DNA of 64,000 nt from Octopus vulgaris (taxonomy: Eukaryota), in NCBI GenBank assembly GCA_951406725.2, contig OX597820.1:84258001-84322000 (forward strand), given 5' to 3'. Shown here piece after piece: positions 13,403 through 26,159 of the stretch. Position 1 is the stretch's first letter. The number at the start of each line of letters is the position of its first letter. The position numbers and the translations under genes are program-made. Under the pieces are notes generated by a model. That model was given only the letters and a program-made list of their open reading frames with translations. It ran no database searches and was not told where the DNA came from.

Positions 13403-13900
13403 GCTCAGACACAGTACGCTGCTCGGTCAAGATATGACTCAAAATCTTATGACCCTGAGCCTTACCAATAATCCACGAACTGACGTGTATATGACGTAAG
13501 TGTATGAAAATGTGTGCGTTTATACATTTTCTGTGTGTGTGTGTGTGTGTGTGCGTGTGTGAGTGAGTTTATGAGTGTGTGAGGACCATTATGCGCGCTC
13601 GCGATTGAGATACGCGCCAAAGTTTGAAATCCCGTCAAAATTTATTTGGTCTTCCACATTTTCTGTATCGAAAATAATTATTGCACTCGGTGGTTGCGTT
13701 ATTCTCTCTTCTCTCTCTATCTCTCTCTCTCTCGCTCCATTTCTATTCCCCTCTCTCCTCTTCTCTCTCTCTGGATCCATTTATCTCCCCCTCTCTCCTC
13801 TTCCCTCTATCTCTCCCTCTTTCTCTATCTCGCTCTGGAGCCGTGACTCGTGATCCATTTCGCGAGGTGTGTTACGCCAAGATTGAAGCATTTATCACAT
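13403..13900 (-). promoter_or_regulatory. Candidate CpG-rich promoter/first exon with E2F site, CHR and GA-repeat
   Basis: CpG cluster at 13590-13635; CGCGCCAAA (E2F) at 13613-13621; TTTGAA (CHR) at 13623-13628; (CT)n tract at 13700-13835; TTTCGCG at 13858; minus-strand donor AGC|gtaagt at 13403/13402. Confidence 0.4.
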
Positions 13901-15431
13901 GTTCTGCCGATTATTTTATGTTCTCGTTCTAATAATGATTTCAAAATTAGACACAAAATTTTCCGCTTTTGGAGTAGAGTGTGCTTTTCTAATATCCGTT
14001 GCAGTACTGAACGAGGTCGTAATGCTATCGGTCCAGGAAGGATGAATGAGACCTTGGATCTGAACAAGATTTAACATACATTCAAATGGGCAAGTGCATA
14101 AATGTGGTAAATATTGTCGCTGATACTGACCCAGGAACGATGGAAAACAAAATTGTGAATATTGACTAAGACCGTAAAAGCTTATAATACAGCAGAATTT
14201 AATTACGTCGCTTTACGCTTTGAATCGAACGCTAGAGCCAACTAAGCATTTGCCCATTCATGATCAATAACATCACGTAGAAATCAATTAATGAGATCGA
14301 TTTAAAAGACTAATCATTTGCTTTAAAATGTCTTTTCATCTAATATTGATATTGTTATGGGAGGGGGAGGACATGGGGTTGTAGGATTAGCACAGCAATA
14401 AATGAAAATAATATCCATTTAGGTCCTTAGATTTTTACCATGATTGACTTTACATTTCGTCTTTTGGGATTGGGAAAATAAGTATCAAACACTTGGATAA
14501 TTGAAAATTAATATTTTCACTAGAAAACGTGGTTTGGTTTATAAGATTGCATACTGTATTAATACTCCCTTTAATTTATACATTTACTCATACAAAAAAA
14601 AAAGAAAGAAACTACATAACAAAAGCTGAAAACGCATGTGGGTATGTACAAATATATTTACATAGCAAAGTGGGTTGTGGATGGGACATAATACAATATA
14701 TTCAAACATATTGTTTTATGCACTAATATATTAACACAGAAATTAAGAAAGAAATACGAGAAAATAATTATATCAGACAAAATAAGTCAGCAATTCATCC
14801 ACGACATATGTTTCATCTCTGCAATTCGAGAAATTTAAAAACCTATTATCTCCTGGAAAAGGATAGCAAGAACAATTCTGGCAATCGAGTGGATGAAACA
14901 AGGGACAAATATTTCACAAAAACCTTAGATAAAGAAGTTTATACAATGTTAACGTAGTATTACCAATTCTGTGAAAAGTAGATTTTTAGTTAAAACAAGC
15001 GGTTATGCCGTACTGATACAGAATACGATAATCACATTAATTTCATTGTTATGTTACCGCTTCATAAGAAGTCGTTTCCACATACTGTGTCGACATTGTA
15101 AACTGTAGTTTATAACACGAATTTGGATACAGATGAATTGGTGTAATTAATAAAAAAAAGTGCAAACATTTAAAACATTTCATTATTAATAGAATTGTCA
15201 GTGAGTTTAGGAGAATATGTTAATAATAATGTTTCATTACAAAACAGTCATTTTTTAGCCCTGCTATAAAAGTTTGATAAAGAATAGAAAATTCATGATT
15301 TTAATTTTTTTTTTTAACTCTGGAGTCAGAATATGAAAATGAGTCTGATTAGAGTCTGGCAAGTTTTCATCACTTTGTAATTGGTTGGTTATTTTTTTTC
15401 TAATCTTAGACGAGATAGGTATTCAGTTCTG

Positions 15432-15480
<49 letters not shown>

Positions 15481-15701
15481 CACACACACATTCTAACAAA
15501 CACAAGCAGATTCAAATTTTGACGTCACTTTCTTCCTTTTCCTTATAAGAGTGTAGTAACGTATTCTACTATAAGTGTTGCGTAATACTTCAACTCAATG
15601 TGAAAGTGTTTTCAATTATATATATATATATATAATTTCACATATAAAATATAAATACGCACATACACTCACCTATATCTATGTATGTGTATAAACACAA
15701 G

Positions 15702-15778
<77 letters not shown>

Positions 15779-17703
15779 CATGTATTTGTATGTACACACA
15801 CACATAGCTATATATGCTATTTTGCAGAATATACTGCAGCAGACGTATCGAGTACAATCTAATGTTATTTAGTTATTTATATGCAAGTGTGTATAGGTGA
15901 TTTCATAAACACAATGGAAGTGAATCCCAGTGAATGATATATTGTATTACATCTCCTTTTAAATATGAAAACTAACATCACAGGTCACGTGTTCTTTTGA
16001 AAAGAGAAGATTTGAATTCTTTGAGGGAATTGAACCGAGAATTTCCGTTTCGAAACTGCTTTTGCTGACGATAAAATTCTGCTATCGATATAACTTTTTC
16101 TCTCTTATCCTATTTTCCTTTCTTTTGTTCTCTTTTCTCTCATCCTTTTTTGTTGCGTTAACAAGAATCCATGCGAAGAATCCTTACGATCACATCTGCC
16201 ATTTTGATTTATTTGAAATCCCAATGAACAAACAGAAAAAAGACAACAACAACAGCAACAGCATCAACAACAACACAACGAAAACGAGAGAGGTAGTAGC
16301 AACAGCAGCACAACATATCAGAAGCCTACAGGAAAAGTATTCGTCTCTGATTCCCAATTTTAAAGAAAAACATTTAAAACTAAAAAGCCCTAATCATTCA
16401 AGCGTACAGTTCGTGCATAAATGGAAAGAATTCTATCGATTTATCAGACTTTTGACTAATTGAAAGTTTCCTCCTTGCCTGGCAGGAAACAATGTATTCC
16501 CAGATGAAGGAGAATATATCGTTCATTATGTCACCCACCAACTTTAAGATATTTCCGTAGTTTATTTTTATATTCTGAGATATTTTAGCACATCTTTTTT
16601 TAAATTTTATTTTCTCTAATGCAATATTGATAATGACAATAAAATATTTTAATTATAATAATATCAAATATTAAATATGTAGTTTATTTACAATGATAGA
16701 CAATATTCTCCATGAAAACGAAGCTTTCTGCCTGAACAGTGATTGTTTGTATCGTGGGTGTAATTTATTTGGGCATTGGTTATGCAATAGGCTGGTTATT
16801 TCGTCTCATTGAAATATATGCTTCACATATTCCCTAATGAGTGACATGGTGCTTATACTGGAAATTTTCATTGAGAGAATAATCACTTTAGAGATGAAAA
16901 CGAGGCATCACGAAATTAAGCATCGTTTACTTTATCCTGAGTGCCATTGTCACTGATAACATTTGTATTTTACCTTTGTAGAATCCACTTTACATATGTT
17001 TGTGTAGCTAGGAATTTCGCTTCGCTACTGCAAGGTTTCAGGTTTGATACCACTTCTGAGAAACATATCCTGCAATAGCCTCGAATCGGTCAAACGACTG
17101 GTAAAGAATAGCTGAATGCAACATTTTCAATACTGGTTCCTAGAATTAGGATGAATTTGACGAATGTCACATTGTTACAGTTAATCAAGACATGTCTCCC
17201 ATTTAGAGATACATATTTTGCCATTTCCATCAGTTTTGCAGGTCTTTCTCTTCTGGATAAGTTATAAAAAATTAGGTGCAGCCGCTAGTTAACAATAACT
17301 CTTACATAAATAAAATCTGCATCGTGCCTATCATTTTTATCGAGTTTAAGTTTCAATGAATTGGATATGTAGAAAAACAATGCAAGTGGTTAAAATCTGT
17401 CTATTTTCTATCTTTTACGGAACACTAAGTTATTTACAATCGATTTAATGGATCGGCTGCGAGGTTAATATCCTCGAGAAACTTCACTCAGGTTTCGATG
17501 CTCACTCATGTTTAAAACATTTTTTACTCCAGCTGTTGCATATATTTTATCATGTAGAAACGATAACTTTTAGTGGAAAGGCGTTAAATAGCGTTTATTT
17601 TATTCATTCATTGATCTGCTATAGGTTGCAGTATCAAGAATCACTACGTTGGACACTGAGTAAGTTTATGTACTTCACTACTTTTAATAACGAGTGGAAA
17701 TCA

Positions 17704-17903
17704 CACTTAGTCGGTTTTATTGTTTATTTTACAATCTCGATTTTTATTAATTCCCTCATAGATGAGTTGTTTTACCAGGGATACAATTCTTGTCAACCAA
17801 AAGCACTTAGTCGGTTTTATTGTTTATTTTACCATCTCGATTTTTATTAATTCCCTCATAGATGAGTTGTTTTACCAGGGATACCATTCTTGTCAGCCAA
17901 AAG
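17704..17903. repeat. Direct tandem duplication, 2 x 100 bp
   Basis: 17704-17803 versus 17804-17903 differ at 3 positions. Confidence 0.95.
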
Positions 17904-18094
17904 CAGGTTTACTTTTCCTCCATAGATTCCTTATTGTTAAGGTTTCAAGCCCCTCTCGGATCGTGTGTAGAATTAATATGACCCAAGCTCGATAGAACCA
18001 CTTAGCTTTATTAGGAACAATTGCAATAATGTAACAACCTCCCTCTCTTTATCTCGCCTTCGCTCTACCTCTCAATATTTATTTCTTTAATACA

Positions 18095-18405
18095 TTCCTA
18101 AATGCTGGTTCTGAGCAAAGTGTTCAAGTTATTCCAGCTGAAAGTTGCAGGAGTTGAGGACAAGTTGAACCCCTTCTTCGGTCACACGTGCGGGCGAACA
18201 CCGGTTGATAGTTCTCCGAAGAAGACCATTTTCGGGAGACGATTATCAGGCATCCTGATAACGCGGCTGATCCAGCTTAGAAGACAGCGTTGGATGATGG
18301 CTTCAACGCTGGAGATTCCTGCTTGACGGAAAATATCGGGGTGCGGGTGGGAGTGAACTTATCTTTCCAATTCATGCATAAAATTCGTTGGAGACTATGG
18401 ATGAG
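18095..18405 (-). mobile_element. RTE-clade LINE fragment (post-RT region), frameshifted
   Basis: Minus strand reads LQRILCMNWKDK.../DIFRQAGISSVEAIIQRCLLSWISRVIRMPDNRLPKMVFFGELSTGVRP, matching the RTE consensus CLRRIL.I.WQD...LRW.GHV.RMPD.RLPK..LYGEL..G.R. Confidence 0.85.
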
Positions 18406-18409
18406 AAAT

Positions 18410-18940
18410 GACTGTGAAAACGTGAAAGCAACCGTACTATGGGATGTACCAATGCACACAGATAGAAAAAGTTAAGACCAATAGGCCAGATATAGTTGTC
18501 AGAGATCACGAAGAAAAATCTCTTTCTAACTGATGTATCAGTACCAGCAGATTACAACGTTTCTCTAAAAGAAACGGAGAAACTTTCAAAATAGAAAGAC
18601 CTGGAAATAGACGTAACTCGAACGTGGAATCTGAAAAAAGAAACAATTACTTGATAAAATGATGACAAGAATGATGGCGCATTAGGTATAATAAAAAATT
18701 TTCAGACAAATACATAAAAACACCAGGACTTAAAAATAAATACAGCATACAGAAAATTGCACTACTGGGCACTTCACACATCCTATGCAAAGCACTTTCG
18801 ATTCAGTAACTATAAGAGCATCATTGCAAACCACAGCACATGCCCAGGGCAGACAGAGCTGCGATCGGTAGAGAAGTGAAAGCAGGTTATAAAAATAAAA
18901 CTACAGAATAATAACAACAACAACAACAATAATAATAATA
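18410..18940 (+). mobile_element. R4/Dong-type non-LTR retrotransposon 3' end (restriction-like endonuclease domain, 3'UTR, (TAA/CAA)n)
   Basis: Frameshifted ENVKATVLWDVPMHTDR..KTNRPDIVVRDHEEK...TDVSVPADYNVSLKETEKLSK*KDLEIDVTRTWNLK...GALGII...IQKIALLGTSHIL, a PD-(D/E)xK-type RLE domain. Stop at 18807-18809; AAT/AAC repeat at 18908-18940. Confidence 0.85.
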
Positions 18941-19154
18941 TCTACTCTTGGCACATGGCCCGAAATTTTTGGGGAAAGGGGCCAGTCGATTAGATTGACC
19001 TCAGTACGTAACTGGTACTTAATTTATCGACCACATCAAAAGGATGAAAGGCAAAGTCGACCTCGTTGAAAGTTGAACTCAAAACGTAGAGACGGGCGAA
19101 ATACCGCGAAGAATTTCGTCATCCGTGCTAACGATTCTGCCAGCTCACTGTCTT
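18941..19154 (-). mobile_element. SINE family A
   Basis: Reverse complement reads gagctggcagaatcgttagcac...gaggtcgactttgcctttcatccttt...gtcgataaattaagtaccagtt. Confidence 0.85.
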
Positions 19155-21034
19155 AATAATAATAATGATGATGATGATGATTTCAAATTTTGGCACAATC
19201 CAGTCTACGATATCAGCTTCAACAGCTGCAACAGTATCGCCATCAATGTTATTGTTTTAATATTTTTACTATTCGTAACTATCCTATTAAACATTATATC
19301 AACATCATCATATTCGTCGTTACCGTCAACATTATTTTCGTCATCGGCATCATCATCACCAACATCATCATCAATTCCTTCTTCGTCATCCTCATCGTCA
19401 TCATTTTGCCATTATCATGTTCATCCTCACCATCAGTATTACCATAATCGCTCTCGTTTTTAATTACCACTATTTTGATTATTGCTGCTCTCTTTGCTTT
19501 TCTTTCATTTTGCATTATAGTTGTTTCCTTTTTATTCTTTAATTCTCTCTTTTTTTTTTTAATTTACTAAATATCAAATTCTCTGTGCAAAATTTATATT
19601 GTTCGCATTAAGGTGATCGCCTTTGTATGGCACACATGTAAGTTGCGGTGGAACAATGGCAATTACTTCTGTTCAGTTTTGATACTCTTAAACCGAACAC
19701 TGTCAAATGTGTATGTGATGTGTATATATGTGTGTATGAGTGTGCATATTGGGGTGTGGTATATATACATATGTGCATGTGTGTGTGTGTGTGTGTGTGT
19801 ATGCATATATCGTTTGTATTATTTTGTTCAACCTTTTCTTCCCTTTCATTTTACGTTTTTCAAATAATGGTGTAAACGAAAAACACAAACTATCTCATGT
19901 AAAGAACAATGTCAGTAGCAAAGAGTGATAATAGGAGTAAAAGTGTGAGGCGGGAAGTTAGTGAATTGAAGAGCCTGAATTAAAGATAGGCAACAATTAA
20001 AGTCAGCTGCTTATTGAGAAGAGAGTGAAGGAAGGATAGCGTTAGAGAAGATAAATTGATTAAATTCCGTAATGCAAAATAATAGCGGTGGAGAATTGGT
20101 GTACCAAGTGAAATTGAATGGGAGAAAGAGAGAGAGTGGGGTAGCCAGAGAAAGTGAGAGGGGCAGAGAGAGAAATGTTGATGAGAAAAAACGCGGTGAG
20201 GGGGGTTATTGGAAGTATAAAATGAAAGAGATTGGAATTAATGCAACTAGAGAAAATACAGGTTTATATACGTCCATAAATACACACACATGTATGGGGG
20301 AATGAGGAAGAGCGAATTCAAAGAGAAGGCAACATTTGGAAAAACCGGGTACATGAAGATGTGTGTGCTTGTGTTTGTTGTATATTGTATGTAACATGAG
20401 TAAATCTGAGGTTGAGTGAAATGAGAGAGAAAGTGAGAGAAAGAGAGCTATTAAGAAATTTATGTAAGAAATGCGTATAATCACTTGTGAGATCACAAAC
20501 ATACACGTTGTTCAGGTCTTCCTCATGTAACGATTCTTTGAAGCGATGTATGACCAAATACAATTCAGCCGAGGCCGCCCTGGTCTTTCTCCTAACTATA
20601 CACCTCTCACTACCGTATTATCCAACTGCCATTTGTAGCATATCATGCAACGATAGGGATAATGTTGTTTTTTGTTTTGCATTACTTTTTTTTTAATACA
20701 TGGTAAGTGATATATGTAGTTTTATTAGAACGATGTTTAGAGTGGGTTGTTCCGACTTTTTATGTTCTGAGTTCAAATCTCACAGTGGTGAACAATACTT
20801 ATTATCCCTGCGGTATCTATACAACGAAGTAAGATTTTTGTCTGGTATATTGGCCACAAAACATTTGACAAATTGCCTGATAACATGTGTTCTGGCATCT
20901 TACGCTCTAATATTTGCACTAACGACATTGGTGTCCACCTACACTTGCCTTTCCTTCTTCCATTGGACAAAATCAATGCAGAGAAAGTGTGGAGGAATTC
21001 CCTGAGCATGAATTGTTGCTTCACAAAAATCGAA

Positions 21035-21171
21035 AATAAATAGGTGCAGGCTTGCTGCATGATTTCAGTCCCACTGCGTGTCAGTTTCGTGAGGTGTCTT
21101 CTACTTACAACCTCGGACGGACAAAGGCCTTGAGAGTTGATTTGGTAGGTGTAAACTAAATGAAACCTGCC

Positions 21172-21207
<36 letters not shown>

Positions 21208-21260
21208 TTGTATGTCTGTCCCACACCACAGCTTGACAATGGTGCTAGTGTGCTTAAGTT
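21035..21260 (+). mobile_element. SINE family B, diverged partial
   Basis: ttcagtcccactgcgtg...gtgtcttctact...gcttgacaatggtgctagtgtg. Confidence 0.65.
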
Positions 21261-22654
21261 TGTATGTGCTTAGGTTTGTGTGTGTATGCATGTGCTTGTG
21301 TGTGTGTGTAGAGTGAGAACTGGTGTGATTAAACAGTGTAGGATTCATAAGACACAAGGGAATATATGTGAGTAAAAAGATATTTAAAAAATCGAGTATT
21401 TAATTTAATTAAGAGTGAAAGACAGGAATATGTAGAGAGAAGACACAGGTTAGAGTGGGAGAGAGATAGAGAGAGGCAGAGTGAGAGAGACAGAGAAGGA
21501 GTTGGAGGGTATGAGGATAATAGTGTTTCAAGCAAGTGAAGTCGTCATGTTGATTCAAGTGATGAGAGAGAAACCTGACTGGAATATTCTGTAAGAAACA
21601 ATGTATGTGAAAATAATAGCATTCCTCAAATTCTTGATCCAACAATATAGCGAGACTCCCTCATTTCAGCTAACTGCATAAATGACGGAGTGGGGAAGGA
21701 ACAGGAGCGATAATCTTATTCTACTTTTAGCAAGACTGGATAGTCACGATCAAAGGCAATCCAGATGCGATTTCTAATAGGTCGAGCATAAAAGTTTACC
21801 CCCTCCCCTCTGTTATCTTTTACGTCCCTCTTCTTTGTTTTCCTTTCCCCTCCCCCTGCTTTACCACATATTGCAGTATTAATTTATTAGTTATGAGGCA
21901 AAGGTCAAGGTAAGAGTGAAAGTTTATGTAGTAGGAGGCGGAGATGTTAACGGGGAGTTGAAAATAGAAGAATGCTGGGTTAAATGCAAAATTATAAGCT
22001 AGACATAAGAGAGAAAACCATTTAGCAAGATATGAAAACTATTGCTGGAGAACAACTATTCAGAATTAGAGAAGCGGAAGGTTGTAGGTGTAGCACGTAT
22101 TAAATGAATGTCTAATAGTTATTGCTGATTCTATTCAATCAATCTCAACAGTGAGTAGTCAGCTTTGATTTCTAAGATATCTTTTGTTCGCAGAGTTTTC
22201 TATACCTGTTGTCATTGATGAAACTGTGGACTGAACGTCAATAAGAGGAGGGACGTGGTTGTTGAATATAACCAAATCAGTAGAAAGCTGTACTAAATGC
22301 ACTCCACAAGTTGTGTGTTCGCTATCTCTATTTTGATTTCAAACCACACATTTATCGACTTACCCCGTTCATCACTGCAATAGTGAAAATACATCATTTG
22401 AAATAAGACAAACCACAATAATACAAGTGTGTCTTCAGCCTAGATTTAACGTACTAAAGTTGTTTTATAAACCAAAATCATATTGAATTATATTAAACAG
22501 TTCATTTCAAATAAGCCGCATTTTTTCTTTAGATTCTATATTATTTACTTCATCTAGATTTTGAAGAATGTAGTCGAAAATCCGAGAGCGTTTAACTGCC
22601 TTGTTGATGGAACAAACTCGTATTATTTTGTAGGCCCCACAACGGTGGCCATTG

Positions 22655-22845
22655 CTTACAGCTGGCAGAATCATTAGCAGGCCTAATAGAACTACTTAAC
22701 GGCATTTCGTCTCTTTTTACGATCTGAGTTCTAAATCCGCCGAGGTCGACTTTGCTTTTCATCTTTTCGGGGTTGATAAAATAAATACCAGCTGACTTAC
22801 TCCGACCCCACAAATTGCTGAAATTGAGTCGAAATTTGAAATAAT
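22655..22845 (+). mobile_element. SINE family A
   Basis: gctggcagaatcattagc...gagttctaaatccgccgaggtcgactttgcttttcatcttttcggggttgataaaataaataccag. Confidence 0.85.
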
Positions 22846-23592
22846 AATATGTTTCTATGCGTAGTTTGTTTAGGATTGACTACAATTTTGAATCGATATA
22901 TTTTTGAAGAGGAAGGATGGGGATTTGAGAAAAAATTGACTGCTAGTTTTAGCAGATTCAAACGACCAGATATATCCCCCCTATTTGTTTGGGGATGGCT
23001 AATGCCTTGCATCGTTAATTGGTATCCTTTTTATGTTATAATATCAAAGAAGTCAATATTGATAGAATAAATAGCAATAACAATTTGGATCAATCCATCG
23101 TTTATATCCAAGCCTTCACAAGTAATGTTTTCTTTTGGACTGGTCACAAGGGACCCTTTAGATTACGGTGAACAAAGCATATTAAAATTTGCATCTTTTT
23201 CTCCTCTGCATTACTGTTGCACGCGAATATTGCTGGGAAATTATGGCATATTCTACAGAGCTTGTCGGAAATCAACATACAAACATTGATTTCCCATCAC
23301 CTTAGGTGAATTAGCATTAGTTTACGAAGAAAAACTCACTTGAGAGAGGCACTCTGTTTCCCTTAATCTACTCCCAGAAAAATTCGAATATTTCTTTCAA
23401 ATTCCATATAAATGTATGACATACACACTACGAGTCTATGTGTTAGAGATTAGACAACCATCCAAGGGATTATAAATATCCAATATTCAACTGGATCTTT
23501 ACCTATATATATCCAAATTCTTACTCTAGTGAGGCAATATTGTAAGTGAATAATGGGTATGTGTGGCGGTAAACTCAATTTTAAGCAGAATT

Positions 23593-24330
23593 TATAAGAC
23601 AAGGAAGAAAATGGAGAAGATAATTAATTGACAAATATCAGATAGATCTATTTATTAGTTACAATCATATGAATAAATTTTAAAAAATAAGACTGTGTGA
23701 ATATAACTCTACAGTTACATGTGTTTCTATTTTGGGGGTCCAGCATAATAAAGTTGGCACATTATACCAAGATTTTACAACGATTGTACAAAAATTGAAT
23801 AAAAAATTGGTAAGTATTGAACCGCAAAGCTTCATCAGAGAGTTCGTATTTGTAAGAATTAAATAATTAAAACCGTTAAATAGAATAACAAAAAATAATA
23901 AAAAAGTAAACTCCAAGTTAATACCCAGAGGTTGTGAGATCACATCTTATTTCAGTCTAATAACATGTTATCTCAAATCCTCTGGATATTATCTTGGAAT
24001 TTATTTTTACTATATTTTCCTATTTTTGAATTATTTTATTTTACTTCTTTGCTTAATTCTTACCATTACGCTCTCTCTGATGAAGCTTGGCCATTCAAAT
24101 TTTGTCCAATTTTTCTCCAATGTTTATTCAATTTTTGTACAATCTTTGTATAATCTCGGTATGGTGTGTCAACTTTGGCATGCTGGACCCCAAAATAGAA
24201 ACAGCTGTAGCAGTAGAATTATATTCATTCATTTATTCTTATTTATTTATTTATTCATATAACTGTAATTAATAAATAGATCTAGCTGATATTTGTAAAT
24301 TATCTTCCCCATTTTTTTGCTTGTCTTATA
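23593..24330. repeat. ~740 bp imperfect fold-back palindrome (inverted Penelope-like termini)
   Basis: 23593-23950 is a diverged reverse complement of 23960-24330 (e.g. tataagacaag/cttgtcttata, ggtccagcat/atgctggacc, gcttcatcagagag/ctctctgatgaagc). Confidence 0.9.
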
Positions 24331-24337
24331 CACCCCC

Positions 24338-24421
<84 letters not shown>

Positions 24422-24512
24422 ATGATATTAGGGAATAAATCCAAACTTACAGGGAAAAATTTGATTTAGGATTAAATCCAATTTTATAGTATAAATATAT
24501 TATATTATATTA

Positions 24513-24939
24513 TATTAAATTAGAGATAAAACCACTATTAGGCAAATCAAACAGTGAAAAACATAAACCAATACATAAAATTAATTTAAAAATATAAAAG
24601 TTAAAAATTTAAAAAAATATTTCAATAATTTAAACTTATAAATCTTAGATATATATATACAAATATATATATGTATATATATATGTATGTATATTTTTAT
24701 ATTTATATATTATTTTATTTATTAATTAATTAATTTATTTATATATTTTTTTAATATAAATATCAAAAGTATTAAAAGTTCAATAAATATTTGTATATAT
24801 ATATTTAAAATTTATAAGTTTAAATTATTTAAATAACTTTTTAATTTTTAACTTTTATATTTTTAAATTAATTTTATGTATTGGCTTATGTTTTTCACTG
24901 TTTGATTTCCCTAATAGTGGTTTTATCTCTAATTTAATA
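24513..24939. repeat. AT-rich inverted repeat, ~155 bp arms, ~120 bp spacer
   Basis: 24513-24666 pairs with 24787-24939 (ttagagataaaaccactattag / ctaatagtggttttatctctaa). Confidence 0.9.
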
Positions 24940-24945
24940 ATAATA

Positions 24946-25000
<55 letters not shown>

Positions 25001-25011
<11 letters not shown>

Positions 25012-25134
25012 AAAGGACTGATCACTAAAAGTGGACGGTCAACATGCTAGATATAGACGTCAAATCGCTATTTTCCGTCTATATCTAGCATGTTGACCGT
25101 CCACTTTTAGTGGTCAGTCCTTTAAATTATATAT
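25001..25134. repeat. Near-perfect hairpin: 59-bp stem, 16-nt loop
   Basis: 25001-25059 pairs with 25076-25134; the only non-Watson-Crick pair is T25022-G25113. Confidence 0.95.
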
Positions 25135-25217
25135 GTAAAAATATTTTAATTTTCGGATTTTTTTAATATGCTATGCCACTGGTTTTAATTGATTAATATC
25201 AATTTCTACACTTATTC

Positions 25218-25262
<45 letters not shown>

Positions 25263-25905
25263 TATACATACATACCAGGGGATAACTGTTATTATCACAT
25301 TTCTATATATATATTCTGAAACGTGATAGAGCGGAAAATGATAAATGAGGACAAATGAATTTTATGCTGGTCAATCTTTTTTTTAGTGTTGTAACCAGAT
25401 GAGCAAGGGCAAATTCTCTGACAGAGCCTCTGAATGAAGAATAAAACATGGTGTATTAGAACACGAAATTTTGGTACAAAATGTAGTTCCTTAAAGACTT
25501 CAGAGTAAACTAGCCTTTCTGTCAAACCCTAAAATATGAACTGTCTCACGGAAGGCTGTTACATATCTTCCTTAAACCAAATTTAATCGCAATCTATAGA
25601 AGGAATCCAACCCAAACTAAGAGATTCGTTCTGAGCTGCCGCACAATGGGACCAAACTTTAAACGTAGTTGTAAAACAGCTTTTTTCCAAATGCGGCAGT
25701 CATACTTACTTCCGACTATGAAATAGCATGTGATTTACACTTCTCTGATAGAATGGACACGAAAAAACAAAATTTGTATATAACACACAGACATCGAATG
25801 GCTAAAGGAGAAAATCCTGGTGGATTTTTCACCAAGCCCTGACAATTAGCAGGTTTGCCGATAGAAATTTAATAGATCAACCCGATCTACACGCAAACAC
25901 ACACG

Positions 25906-25969
<64 letters not shown>

Positions 25970-25993
25970 AACATGCATATATATATATATATC

Positions 25994-26056
<63 letters not shown>

Positions 26057-26159
26057 CTATATCCATCTATCTATTTCTATATATGTATATATATATATAT
26101 ATATATATGGTGTTTTTTTTCTAATATTTTATATATATATGTATATATATATATATATA

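Noticed and set aside
13678-13700. TATTGCACTCG resembling the start of miR-92
   Set aside because: The rest of the mature sequence does not match and no precursor hairpin is evident.
13589-14074. Overlapping short ORFs around the CT/GA tract
   Set aside because: Low-complexity driven; no recognisable domain.
17704-17903. CRISPR-like or other array
   Set aside because: Only two adjacent copies without spacers, in a eukaryotic context.
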